DNA of 63,864 nt, the filler included, from Octopus bimaculoides (lineage: Eukaryota): NCBI RefSeq assembly GCF_001194135.2. It is 6 parts of 5 records of this genome, joined end to end, with 100 filler letters (N's around TTAATTAATTAA, not from the genome) between each part and the next. Parts side by side here need not be neighbours in the genome. Positions count along the whole stretch, not along the records: positions 24,925 to 40,783 come from NC_068990.1; 5 more parts are not named here. The stretch is one strand, 5' to 3'. Below, one piece after another: positions 25,546-39,057 of the stretch. Both the position numbers and the translations under genes were made by a program. Under the pieces are notes generated by a model, which saw only the letters and a program-made list of their open reading frames with translations, did not search any database and was not told the origin of the DNA. The first letter of the stretch is position 1; each line of letters starts with the position of its first letter.

Positions 25546-26644
25546 TTATATCAATGCCATGATGCTGTCAGTGAATTATTTTGATACGCATATATATATA
25601 TATATATATATCTTAAGAGGTTACCCTTCGGGNNNNNNNNNNNNNNNNNNNNNNNNNNNNNNNNNNNNNNNNNNNNNNNNNNNNNNNNNNNNNNNNNNNN
25701 NNNNNNNNNNNNNNNNNNNNNNNNNNNNNNNNNNNNNNNNNNNNNNNNNNNNNNNNNNNNNNNNNNNNNNNNNNNNNNNNNNNNNNNNNNNNNNNNNNNN
25801 NNNNNNNNNNNNNNNNNNNNNNNNNNNNNNNNNNNNNNNNNNNNNNNNNNNNNNNNNNNNNNNNNNNNNNNNNNNNNNNNNNNNNNNNNNNNNNNNNNNN
25901 NNNNNNNNNNNNNNNNNNNNNNNNNNNNNNNNNNNNNNNNNNNNNNNNNNNNNNNNNNNNNNNNNNNNNNNNNNNNNNNNNNNNNNNNNNNNNNNNNNNN
26001 NNNNNNNNNNNNNNNNNNNNNNNNNNNNNNNNNNNNNNNNNNNNNNNNNNNNNNNNNNNNNNNNNNNNNNNNNNNNNNNNNNNNNNNNNNNNNNNNNNNN
26101 NNNNNNNNNNNNNNNNNNNNNNNNNNNNNNNNNNNNNNNNNNNNNNNNNNNNNNNNNNNNNNNNNNNNNNNNNNNNNNNNNNNNNNNNNNNNNNNNNNNN
26201 NNNNNNNNNNNNNNNNNNNNNNNNNNNNNNNNNNNNNNNNNNNNNNNNNNNNNNNNNNNNNNNNNNNNNNNNNNNNNGACCGCTTAGTTCATACCAGATA
26301 TGGAGCTATTTTATTTCTATTTTAGTGTGTGCCCGAGCGTCAACGTACTAATAATAAGGTAGAATGAAATGAAATAAAAAGCAAAATACAATAAAAATTG
26401 AATACGAATTATATGCCTAATATATACCAATTGATTTAAGGAAATTTTTATTTCCCAAAAATATTATGTATAGAACCAGTGTCTTCTTGGATGCAATCAT
26501 CCCTTTAAGAGTTTAATCTATCCTTTAATTAACTTGTGTGTGTGTGTGTGTGTGTGTTCGTTTGTTTTACGTGTGTGTATTACTCTTTTACTGTTTTACT
26601 GGTTTCAGCCAGAGGCTGAGACCATGCTGGAGCAACGCTTATCA

Positions 26645-27325
26645 GTATTTTAGGGCTTCCCTTTTGTACTGTTTTTGGTGAAGAAGAGAGATGGACGGAG
26701 CTGCTCTTCTTTCTCCCTCCTGCCGCGACGTGAGTTCACTTGAGATTTCAGAAGGAAATTTGTCCAGGTGCCTTTTTAAGGATTCCACATCTACACCTCG
26801 CAAATCTCAAATGTTTTCTGGCAGAATGCTAAACAGTAGTGGACCCCTAAAACCCACGCTATTGGTATCTTTGGTATTATGCAGTGCCGTTCAGTTCGGT
26901 GGTTTTTGTAACTTTTAATTCCAAAGCTGGGAGCTAGATCTTCCAGGATCTTCCATATGTAAATCACTGCATACCTTTCTCGCAATCTCTCCAGAGAGTA
27001 GAGCTTCAGTTCTTGTAGCCTCTCTCGGTAGCTCATCCGTTTCCCCGAGTCAAATTTCTTTGTGTAGTGGCGCTGGATCTCCTCAAGTACTGTTACTAAT
27101 TTGATGCTCAGCGATGACCCACAGTTTGAAGCAATAGTTCAGACGACTGAGAGCAAAAAGTTCTCAATAAGAGTAGCAAAGTATCCTTATTTCTGGTTCT
27201 GAATGAGCTAAGGATCCATATGTATATTCAAAATGTTGCGAAGAATATATAATCCTAGCAGATACCCTGTTGGGTATCTGCTAGCCACAGTGAATGTTGA
27301 TGAAACTCAGGTTAGTTGAAATTTA
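26645..27325 (-). pseudogene. CR1/L2-like LINE ORF2 3' fragment
   Basis: TFVLSRLNYC..LW; LEEIQRHYTKK; MSYRERLQELKLYSLERLRERYAVIYIWKILEDL. This is the CR1-type LE.VQR..TK and SY.ERL..L.L.SLE.RR signature. Confidence 0.85.
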
Positions 27326-27436
27326 CTATACTCGGTAAATCCTCACTTGGTCATGACGAAGATCGATGTGATTAACTGTATGATAAAAGGTGGATGCGCT
27401 GTGGCAATCTCCGTTTTCCTGATCTTTATTAATTTC

Positions 27437-27513
<77 letters not shown>

Positions 27514-27933
27514 NNNNNNNNNNNNNNNNNNNNNNNNNNNNNNNNNNNNNNNNNNNNNNNNNNNNNNNNNNNNNNNNNNNNNNNNNNNNNNNNNNNNNNN
27601 NNNNNNNNNNNNNNNNNNNNNNNNNNNNNNNNNNNNNNNNNNNNNNNNNNNNNNNNNNNNNNNNNNNNNNNNNNNNNNNNNNNNNNNNNNNNNNNNNNNN
27701 NNNNNNNNNNNNNNNNNNNNNNNNNNNNNNNNNNNNNNNNNNNNNNNNNNNNNNNNNNNNNNNNNNNNNNNNNNNNNNNNNNNNNNNNNNNNNNNNNNNN
27801 NNNNNNNNNNNNNNNNNNNNNNNNNNNNNNNNNNNNNNNNNNNNNNNNNNNNNNNNNNNNNNNNNNNNNNNNNNNNNNNNNNNNNNNNNNNNNNNNNNNN
27901 NNNNNNNNNNNNNNNNNNNNNNNNNNNNNNNNN

Positions 27934-27981
<48 letters not shown>

Positions 27982-28049
27982 TGTATGTGTGTGTGTGCAT
28001 GTGTGTCCCTATGTATGTGTATGTATATGTATAATATGCATATAGGTGT

Positions 28050-28255
28050 TTTTGTCTTTCCGTTTGTTCCCCAACACCGCTTGACAACCGCTATTGGTAT
28101 GTGTAGGCCTCCGTAACATAGCGGTTCGGTGAGATGTTCCGATAGAATAAGTATCAAAAGTTAAAAATATGCAAAGTGTTTGATGTGTCCCACTAAACCC
28201 TTCAAGGATGTCCCGGCTTCACCACAGTTCAAGTAAAATATAAATGATAAAGGAT
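28050..28255 (+). mobile_element. SINE family B 3' half
   Basis: gtttgttccccaacaccgcttgacaaccg...ccgtaacatagcggttcgg...ccgatagaataagtatc matches the family B tail. Confidence 0.75.
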
Positions 28256-28668
28256 ACATACATACATACATACATACATACATACAAACGTGCGCATACG
28301 CATACAAAACGGTGTACTTAATGCCTCTATATCTATGATAAAGCCGTGGTCCTAGGTGAGAAACTGTTCATTCTGTACTGAGGGGAAACCTGATGAAGAA
28401 AAAAACCCACAAGAAAAAGGTTTGTTTGATATATTATTCACACATTGCAAGATCAGCAGCTGAAACGAACACACAGACAAAATTTTCGACAATGGTCGGA
28501 ACAATGAAACGCTGCACACACACATTTGCTGACTGACTGCACTGGGCAAATACCAGACGATCACACAGCAGCATATATACATGTATAATCATACGCACAT
28601 CACACACATCAATATCTTATATGTGTATATGTATAAATATATATATATATACATATATATATACATAC

Positions 28669-28730
<62 letters not shown>

Positions 28731-29048
28731 NNNNNNNNNNNNNNNNNNNNNNNNNNNNNNNNNNNNNNNNNNNNNNNNNNNNNNNNNNNNNNNNNNNNNN
28801 NNNNNNNNNNNNNNNNNNNNNNNNNNNNNNNNNNNNNNNNNNNNNNNNNNNNNNNNNNNNNNNNNNNNNNNNNNNNNNNNNNNNNNNNNNNNNNNNNNNN
28901 NNNNNNNNNNNNNNNNNNNNNNNNNNNNNNNNNNNNNNNNNNNNNNNNNNNNNNNNNNNNNNNNNNNNNNNNNNNNNNNNNNNNNNNNNNNNNNNNNNNN
29001 NNNNNNNNNNNNNNNNNNNNNNNNNNNNNNNNNNNNNNNNNNNNNNNN

Positions 29049-29848
29049 ATAAAAACATTGAGAAATACTACAGAGTAAATTTAGTCAATAAAATTGCCAT
29101 TCGCTTCAACCTAGGCCTCCAAACGAATTCAGAATCTCCTACAACTTTTCTGGACGGTTTCCTTGTATAAGTTGGTGAATGCTGCCATAATCCTTTTACT
29201 TCAGTACATCTTTGGTGTTACAAGGAGTTTCGTTGGTCTCTCGCTCAACTGTGCCCCACACATAATAATAAAGGGGTTGCAGTCTGGGGAGTTAGGCGGC
29301 CAGATGTTAGAGATGATGTGATCGCAGAAATTGTTTAACAGCTATGACTAGGTTCTCCTACTTGTGTGGCATGGTGCTGAGTCCTGTTGCCAGACATAGG
29401 GTCTTCCAGCAGCCACCCTCTCGAACAAGGGCAGCACTACCTCCTCCAGGCACTTGATGTAGGCCTCCGTGTTGAGACTGAGGCCATGTGGGGAGATGAA
29501 TGGAGACATAACGTCACACTTACTTGTGATCACTCCAAAAACCATGATGTTGGCTGGATGTTTGATCTTTATCGATCCCCGTAAATGTCCTCAGATTGCA
29601 CTATTCTCACATTGACACCCAAACACACTGAAATGTTCGTTTTGAAGCTTCCGGTGCGAATGCCAAGTAGTATAGCATGTGGTTTCCAAATTTCTGGCAG
29701 AGTGAATTGCGTCATGGCACTTTTTTTTCTCAAAGACGGTGCCCAACTGACGCTACTATATTGTGTAGTTGAAAAAAATCAAAAACAAACAAGACGCATG
29801 CGCGAAATTATGAATATAAGAGGGCGACAATATACACATCGCACCCTG
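29049..29848 (-). mobile_element. Internally deleted DD37D (maT-type) Tc1/mariner transposon
   Basis: Terminus TA|CAGGGTG at 29850-29842. N-terminus MTQFTLPEIWK.HAILLGIR (ATG 29715) joins out of frame to KHPANIMVFGVITS...YVWQQDSAPCHTS...IWPPNSPDCNP(L)D, with 37 residues between the last two Asp after restoring a 1-nt deletion; stop at 29081. The other terminus falls in an N-gap. Confidence 0.85.
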
Positions 29849-30796
29849 TATACATATATATANNNNNNNNNNNNNNNNNNNNNNNNNNNNNNNNNNNNNN
29901 NNNNNNNNNNNNNNNNNNNNNNNNNNNNNNNNNNNNNNNNNNNNNNNNNNNNNNNNNNNNNNNNNNNNNNNNNNNNNNNNNNNNNNNNNNNNNNNNNNNN
30001 NNNNNNNNNNNNNNNNNNNNNNNNNNNNNNNNNNNNNNNNNNNNNNNNNNNNNNNNNNNNNNNNNNNNNNNNNNNNNNNNNNNNNNNNNNNNNNNNNNNN
30101 NNNNNNNNNNNNNNNNNNNNNNNNNNNNNNNNNNNNNNNNNNNNNNNNNNNNNNNNNNNNNNNNNNNNNNNNNNNNNNNNNNNNNNNNNNNNNNNNNNNN
30201 NNNNNNNNNNNNNNNNNNNNNNNNNNNNNNNNNNNNNNNNNNNNNNNNNNNNNNNNNNNNNNNNNNNNNNNNNNNNNNNNNNNNNNNNNNNNNNNNNNNN
30301 NNNNNNNNNNNNNNNNNNNNNNNNNNNNNNNNNNNNNNNNNNNNNNNNNNNNNNNNNNNNNNNNNNNNNNNNNNNNNNNNNNNNNNNNNNNNNNNNNNNN
30401 NNNNNNNNNNNNNNNNNNNNNNNNNNNNNNNNNNNNNNNNNNNNNNNNNNNNNNNNNNNNNNNNNNNNNNNNNNNNNNNNNNNNNNNNNNNNNNNNNNNN
30501 NNNNNNNNNNNNNNNNNNNNNNNNNNNNNNNNNNNNNNNNNNNNNNNNNNNNNNNNNNNNNNNNNNNNNNNNNNNNNNNNNNNNNNNNNNNNNNNNNNNN
30601 NNNNNNNNNNNNNNNNNNNNNNNNNNNNNNNNNNNNNNNNNNNNNNNNNNNNNNNNNNNNNNNNNNNNNNNNNNNNNNNTGAGACTGAACCCAGAAACAT
30701 GTGGTTGGGAAAGCCACAATGCGGTTTCCGTAAATGCTGAAAGTAGACGCCAAATCGTCTAACCAGGACATATTTATACACATATATGGCATATGC

Positions 30797-30835
<39 letters not shown>

Positions 30836-32504
30836 TAAGAAATTACGTGGCATGACACTAAAGCAACACAGGGTAGAATCGCATACAAGACCTGGAATTG
30901 TTCTTCCCTCGTCATTTATCGTTCAAAGATCATAACAATCATAACAAATGTCATAAGATATACTCATATATACAGACATATATACAAGCATCCTCAAATG
31001 CACAGATATATGCACACGAACAGAACTATGCACCAGTAACGTGGTGGCGCGTCGACATGCAACACACAGAAAACCACACATCCACACACGCACTCACACA
31101 TACACTTCCTCTGACTCTCTCTTATACATTCTGCTTGTCTCTAACTCTCCCTCTCTCCCATTTTTTTTCTCTCTCTCTCTCTCTCTCTCCGGCACACATA
31201 CATACATGCACACCCTGCGTTGCAAACGCAACTGCACATACATCAGCGCATACACAAGCATACACATACATCCTAGCGCTTGTGATTTCCATTATCTCAT
31301 ATAAAGAATCGCGGTGAATTCCTGTTCGTTTGTTTTTGCTGCTGTTATTTCTCCTCAGAACTGCCCTGATTGTAGAACTTTGTTTTCGATTAACCGTGTA
31401 TCTAGGACTACAGTACCCAATGAGACTTTGATGTATTTTTTTTTTATAAAGGGTCGTGTGTGAATTGGGGCGGGGAGTGATTTAGCTGCCATTTCAAGCA
31501 ACCTATCCCATTGGCTCGTATCTAAGTGTGTAAGCAGACGGTCCTTATTTTAAAATAACATACAATGCATTAGACAGCTACATCCTTCTGCACACGTGAA
31601 TGCACCACATGCATATACGTGCACTTCTAATTCTATCACTAATTCTCTACGCTGCGCGTTTTTTTTTTCGCTATCCCTGAACCGCACTCTCCGTATATAT
31701 ATGTGTGTGTGTGTGTGTNNNNNNNNNNNNNNNNNNNNNNNNNNNNNNNNNNNNNNNNNNNNNNNNNNNNNNNNNNNNNNNNNNNNNNNNNNNNNNNNNN
31801 NNNNNNNNNNNNNNNNNNNNNNNNNNNNNNNNNNNNNNNNNNNNNNNNNNNNNNNNNNNNNNNNNNNNNNNNNNNNNNNNNNNNNNNNNNNNNNNNNNNN
31901 NNNNNNNNNNNNNNNNNNNNNNNNNNNNNNNNNNNNNNNNNNNNNNNNNNNNNNNNNNNNNNNNNNNNNNNNNNNNNNNNNNNNNNNNNNNNNNNNNNNN
32001 NNNNNNNNNNNNNNNNNNNNNNNNNNNNNNNNNNNNNNNNNNNNNNNNNNNNNNNNNNNNNNNNNNNNNNNNNNNNNNNNNNNNNNNNNNNNNNNNNNNN
32101 NNNNNNNNNNNNNNNNNNNNNNNNNNNNNNNNNNNNNNNNNNNNNNNNNNNNNNNNNNNNNNNNNNNNNNNNNNNNNNNNNNNNNNNNNNNNNNNNNNNN
32201 NNNNNNNNNNNNNNNNNNNNNNNNNNNNNNNNNNNNNNNNNNNNNNNNNNNNNNNNNNNNNNNATATATATGGGGAACGAGAGAGAGTGTGAGTGTGTAT
32301 ATGTGTGTGCGCGCCTGTGTGTGCATGTATGTATATATTTTTGTATGGATATGTGTATGCTTCTGCGCAATATACGTATATATGAATGCATAGACTCACA
32401 CACAGACACACGAACACACGTACACATAAATTTAACGTGATAAGAATTTATAAACTTCTGAGAGAACGTAAAGTAATTCCTGTTTGAAGCAATGGATCTT
32501 GAAG

Positions 32505-32896
32505 CACATATACTCTTTTACTTCTTTCAGTAATTTGACTGCGGTCATACTGGAGCACCGCCTTTAGTCGATCTAATCGACCCAATGACTTATTCTTTGT
32601 AAGCCTAGTACTTATTCTATTGGTCACTTTTTGCCGAACCGCTAAGTTACGGGGACGTAAACACACAAGCATCAGTTGGTGGGGGGGGGGACAAACACAG
32701 ACACACAAACACACATACATACATATATATATTCGACGGGCTTCTTTCAGTTTCCGTCTACCAAATCCAGTTACAAGGCTTTGGTCTGCCCGAGGCTATA
32801 GTAGAAGCCACATGCCCAAGGTGCCACGCAGTGGAACTGAACCCAGAACCATGTGGTTGGTAAGCAAGCTACTTACCACACAGCCACTCCTGCGCC
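32505..32896 (-). mobile_element. tRNA-derived SINE family B, full length
   Basis: Reverse complement ggcgcaggagtggctgtgtggtaag (A box)...gggttcagttcc (B box)...ccttgggca...ggatttggtagacggaaactgaaagaagcccgtcg, central (TA/TG)n, tail gtgctccagtatgaccgcagtcaaattactgaaagaagtaaaagag. Confidence 0.92.
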
Positions 32897-33234
32897 TATT
32901 ATATTTCTTTGTTTCGAGATTCATTTGTTTCACAGATGCATAAATATGTATGCATGTATGTATGTATGTATGTATGTATGCATGTATGTATGTATGTATG
33001 TATGTATGTATGCATGCATGTATGTATGTATGTATGTATGTATGTATGTATGTATGTATACGAGGTTTGATGACAGAAAGAGAACAAAACAGAACTCAAA
33101 ACATGAGTATACTCTTTTATTCTTTCACTCTTTTACACGTTTCACGCCCAAGGTTGTGGCCATGCTGGAACACTGAATCAGTAGCAGTTACAAAATGAGT
33201 GGAGCACCAAGAGTTTCGGACACGGTACATATCG

Positions 33235-33500
33235 AATTATATACATATACGTCACTACACTGAAAAGATTGTAACTGTGCAGCAGATGAGATACAAGGAG
33301 GGGCTGAAAAAACTACGACTTTACTCCGTGGAGCAAAAACGCGACAGATATGTTATAAGCTCCGTATGGAAAACTCTAGAAGGGCTAATACCTAATTTTG
33401 GCATTGAGTGTTATACAAATGCCAGAACTGGACGCAATTCTGTAGTACCAAAGGTATCATCCACTTCATCTAAATTTAGGACCAGGCACTGTGATAAGAA
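33235..33500 (+). pseudogene. CR1/L2-like LINE ORF2 3' fragment (same family as 26645-27325)
   Basis: RHYTEKIVTVQQMRYKEGLKKLRLYSVEQKRDRYVISSVWKTLEGLIPNFGIECYTNARTGR aligns with the minus-strand copy. Confidence 0.82.
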
Positions 33501-34069
33501 GTTTGCCTTCCAAACACGTTTCCGATATCAGTAACTCTCTGTAGTAGCTGGGGTATGTGTCTTCTGTTATAGCCACGGACCCCCAAAAACCTCGTGAATG
33601 GCTGTGTTGTACCGAAACTGAAAGAATCATATCGTATTTATATGTGTGTGTGTGAATGTATGTCGCACACTCACGCACACACACACACACACGTACATAC
33701 ATATACACACACATACACACATATGTATATTTAATGCACCAACTCATAATACTAAAAGATATTTGAAAACAAATCAAACTAGATGATAGATACATGTACT
33801 ATGTTGAAACGTAATTCTATCTCAAGCCGACTAAATGCTCGAAGTTATACAAAGAGAAGTGATACCTTCATCAGCGGTATTGCAAAGAGAGTAGTTTGCG
33901 AGTGTTATTGTTTATATTGGCCATAGCACAGATTTTGCATTTATTGTGTTATGTATTGTTGCTCAAAGTCTAATGAATCTTGGTTATATCTTAGCTTGCG
34001 ATATTTGCGATGTATGTATATATATATATATGCATGCATGCATGCATGTATGTATGTATGTATGTATGT

Positions 34070-34200
34070 ATTATCTTAGAAACGTCTAGTTAGAATAGAG
34101 GCAACTGACGAAGGAATAATTCCAAGAGGCTATCTGTTTTCTTATGTGTTCCTTCCGTTGTCTGTAGTTCATTTTCCTAACGTCCTATACCCTGATATGC
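34070..34200 (+). mobile_element. Penelope pseudo-LTR-like repeat with hammerhead-like motifs
   Basis: GAAACGTC at 34079, CTGACGA at 34105, then a GGAA-taa-TTCC hairpin and a T-rich arm. Confidence 0.4.
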
Positions 34201-34266
34201 ATCTATATACACATGTAGATGTAAGTATGTACATATATGAGTGTATACATGCATACATATTCTTTG

Positions 34267-34302
<36 letters not shown>

Positions 34303-34795
34303 AAAGAAAGGGTGACAGAGATTAGGATTTCAAAGATGTAATTGTAGAATTTATTGCATTATACGTGCTTCTGGTGTTTCAGATAACGTCATGTTTTCTT
34401 TAAATATATAATAATTCATTACCAACGAACATACTTTATGCAAATCAGGTTGGGTTTTTATTGTTCAAACTTGATCTGCTTGTACTATACACAGCGAGTT
34501 AGACTNNNNNNNNNNNNNNNNNNNNNNNNNNNNNNNNNNNNNNNNNNNNNNNNNNNNNNNNNNNNNNNNNNNNNNNNNNNNNNNNNNNNNNNNNNNNNNN
34601 NNNNNNNNNNNNNNNNNNNNNNNNNNNNATTCAAATTTTTTTTTTCTGTTTATTTCAGACAACGATAGGTTTATACTTCTTATAAACGTTCGATCTCCAC
34701 AGTCAACGAATTCCTATCAATAACTGTAGAATTACATATATACGTTTCAGATGTTACCAATTACGATGTGTTCTATATAGGCATTTGTGTGTGCT

Positions 34796-34840
<45 letters not shown>

Positions 34841-35958
34841 GATGTATGTATGTGTACACGTGTATGTGTATATATACGTGTATATATGTGAGAATATATG
34901 GATCTGATTAAAGGGGATCCATCATTAAGGACCAAAGCATATCAAAATTAAGCACGTCGCGATTAATGGCCAGACAGAATAACACAAGTCAGTCAGTTAA
35001 GTAATTCATTATAATCGCATGTATTGTAGCGATAAAGCGAAATCCACTGCTATTTGATAATCCTCAACTCGAATGGTATCCAAAGATGAATGGAACCGTA
35101 AGTGCGGCGCAATAACGTAAAAGGTAATCTAGTACTGTTATAATTGCTTCATTAAGAGTCTTTATTATGATGTTAAAAATTGTACATTGAGGCACACTGA
35201 ATGCATGTCAGTATTCGCTTGCATATATGGTAGGCCTGATGAGATGAGAGTTGCGTAACGTGTTACATACTATTATAGGTGTCGTACATACTACATACGT
35301 GACTGTAATTTGTTTACGTCACCATAAAGACTTTAAATGATACTGATACGATGAAACAATTGTAACAGTGTTAGATAATCCATTCGTCTGTTTCGTTATA
35401 TGTGTGTGTGTCTGAGTGTGTGTCTGAGTGTGTGCATGAGCTTTACGTAGTTCTGAGGGAGATTCAGCGTGACAGAGTGTGACAAGGCTGCTCCTACGAA
35501 ATACAGGTACTATTCATTTTTGCCATACAGATGTATATATATAGATATGAATGTGATATATATATATATGCATGTGCAGGTACCTATTACATAAGAGTAT
35601 ACTAATGAATATAAGAAACGGGTATATGAACAAGTATTGTTTTATTATTTTATTTGTATTAGTCTCTGCACTCCAGCCATGATAATGTACGGCCGTGGAG
35701 GTATGTACTAGGCTAAATCGACTTCAGCATTTCTTTTTATACTTATTCTATCATTGTCTTTTGCCGAGCCGCTATGTTTCGAGGAAGTAAGGTAACCAGC
35801 ACCCTTTGTCAGGCTCTTAAGATATGAACTCAAATACGCACGCGCATGCAAACATAGACAGAAACTCTCACAAGGACACATATTCTTACACACGCGCACG
35901 TGAGCGCGCATGTCTAGGTTTCCTAGAACAAGGTGGCTAAATGGAACTGAGTACCTGA

Positions 35959-36035
<77 letters not shown>

Positions 36036-36065
36036 CACACACACACACACACATACATAAATATA

Positions 36066-36099
<34 letters not shown>

Positions 36100-36287
36100 C
36101 ATACATTCATACACAAACACGGCAGACACTAGAAAGTCAGTTAAAGATCGAGAGATGCGTGCATGGATTTATCAAAATTGTCGCGGACTTTATCAAGTTA
36201 AACCCGAAACTTTCGCTCTTTGAGACACGTTATAACTTCTGCCGAATACTACTACTACTACTTATAATAATGATAATAATAATAATG

Positions 36288-36366
<79 letters not shown>

Positions 36367-36368
<2 letters not shown>

Positions 36369-36922
36369 GCCTTGATGCAGTACCAGGCAGTGGCTCTCAT
36401 AGCTTCTGATCTTAACTGATTGGAGGTGTTATCATGTACATTGTTTTGTGTTGGTATAAAAGATGAGTTACAGCAAATATTCTGCTGAGTACCACAGATT
36501 TGGTTGTCAGTTGTTTGACTTTAACCAGTTGAACATGTCCCTTTGTGGCTGACGATATGTGCATCTCTTATCACGAGCAGAAGTAGTGGGGAGCATCATA
36601 GCCATGTGTTGAGAGGAATTCTTTGGGGTTTGAATAATTCACCTTTGGAAACATGGGTGTTTTGTCCACTATCCTTAGAGAAACCTTATTCATAGACCTT
36701 GTGAACGGGATGGGCTACTCAACCTAAAGAAAATTTTAACTGGGTCCGACCTGCATGATCATGCACTGTTTATCTTGATATGAGATCACCATGTCGCGTA
36801 CATATAGTTGTGATGTAATATGTATTGTGCATTCTTATCAGACGTGTACTCATGATGGTTATGCTGGGCTTTGTATATTTTACCCCAGTGTCACTTTGAT
36901 GGCATTCACTGCTCTCTCACTC
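36367..36922 (+). mobile_element. ~555-bp non-coding retroposon-like element flanked on both sides by (AAT)n
   Basis: Long (AAT)n at both ends. Its 3' half recurs at 55489-55777 with the same 3' end gcactgctctctcactc+(AAT)n. No ORF and no tRNA-like head recognised. Confidence 0.75.
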
Positions 36923-36974
<52 letters not shown>

Positions 36975-37104
36975 TTATGTATATGTGTGTGTGTATGTAT
37001 GTATGTATGTATGTATGTATGTATGTATGTATGTATGTATGTATGAATTCGTTTTGCAACATCCTTGATCTGAAACCGTGTGTTGAAAGAGTTAATATTA
37101 AATT

Positions 37105-37250
37105 TGGAAATTCACGTCGAAGTCGACTTTGCCTTTCATCCTTTGTGGTGGACGATATATTAAGTATCAGTGTAACATTGGGGTCGATGTAATCGACTGG
37201 TACCCTTCCCAAAATTTCAGGCCTTGTGCCTTTAGTAGAAAGGATTATAA
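37105..37250 (+). mobile_element. SINE family A 3' part with (CTT)n(ATT)n tail
   Basis: gtcgactttgcctttcatcc...ttggggtcgatgtaatcgactgg...caaaatttcaggccttgtgcctttagtagaaaggattat. Confidence 0.88.
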
Positions 37251-37273
37251 TTCTTCTTCTTCTTCTTCTTCTT

Positions 37274-37368
<95 letters not shown>

Positions 37369-38367
37369 CATTATTATTATCATTTTAGTGTCCTTTGTCT
37401 AAGCTCTTTCGTTATACATCCTGTGACCTCTTCAGCGACTGTTTATCCCATGTATCTTCTTGTTTTGTTTAGTCCATCTGCTNNNNNNNNNNNNNNNNNN
37501 NNNNNNNNNNNNNNNNNNNNNNNNNNNNNNNNNNNNNNNNNNNNNNNNNNNNNNNNNNNNNNNNNNNNNNNNNNNNNNNNNNNNNNNNNNNNNNNNNNNN
37601 NNNNNNNNNNNNNNNNNNNNNNNNNNNNNNNNNNNNNNNNNNNNNNNNNNNNNNNNNNNNNNNNNNNNNNNNNNNNNNNNNNNNNNNNNNNNNNNNNNNN
37701 NNNNNNNNNNNNNNNNNNNNNNNNNNNNNNNNNNNNNNNNNNNNNNNNNNNNNNNNNNNNNNNNNNNNNNNNNNNNNNNNNNNNNNNNNNNNNNNNNNNN
37801 NNNNNNNNNNNNNNNNNNNNNNNNNNNNNNNNNNNNNNNNNNNNNNNNNNNNNNNNNNNNNNNNNNNNNNNNNNNNNNNNNNNNNNNNNNNNNNNNNNNN
37901 NNNNNNNNNNNNNNNNNNNNNNNNNNNNNNNNNNNNNNNNNNNNNNNNNNNNNNNNNNNNNNNNNNNNNNNNNNNNNNNNNNNNNNNNNNNNNNNNNNNN
38001 NNNNNNNNNNNNNNNNNNNNNNNNNNNNNNNNNNNNNNNNNNNNNNNNNNNNNNNNNNNNNNNNNNNNNNNNNNNNNNNNNNNNNNNNNNNNNNNNNNNN
38101 NNNNNNNNNNNNNNNNNNNNNNNNNNNNNNNNNNNNNNNNNNNNNNNNNNNNNNNNNNNNNNNNNNNNNNNNNNNNNNNNNNNNNNNNNNNATATATATA
38201 CATATACATGTATATATATATATATATGCATCTATATATACGTATATATAGACATACATACTCATGCATAAATGCATATATATGTATGTAAGTATGTATG
38301 TCTATATATATGCATCTATGTATACGTATATATATATAGACATACATACTCATACACAAATGCATAC

Positions 38368-38416
<49 letters not shown>

Positions 38417-38815
38417 CGTGTGTCTGTGTACATATATTTTTATGTATGTATGTATGTATGTATGTATGCATGTATGTATGTATGTATGTACGTATGTATG
38501 TTTTCGACATTACTCTGAATAGTTCGTCTACCATGTTTACTGATATGGAATTGGTGGACCTCAGGCTGTAGTAGAAGACACTTGACAATTTCCTCTCACA
38601 AACACACATACACATACACGAACATAAATACACATACGTATTACACGCATGCGCGCACACGTAGGCTGACTCAACGAGACACGTTGCGTTGTGTGAGACA
38701 GTAGAGTTTGCAGTGGACTTATGTGGTCACCCATGGACAAAGGAAAAAAAAAAATAAATAATACGTAAACATGCTTATTCACGCAGCCTTGTACACGTTC
38801 GGCTAACAGACACAG

Positions 38816-38856
<41 letters not shown>

Positions 38857-39017
38857 GACATGCATACACACACGCAAACAGATATATACGTGTATGTGTA
38901 TGTATATACATACATGTATACTGATCAAGTAAACTAAATATTTAAATAATCTTTCATTACATGCATAAATACATGCATACATAGATACATTTATACATAT
39001 ATATAGATCGATCGATC

Positions 39018-39057
<40 letters not shown>

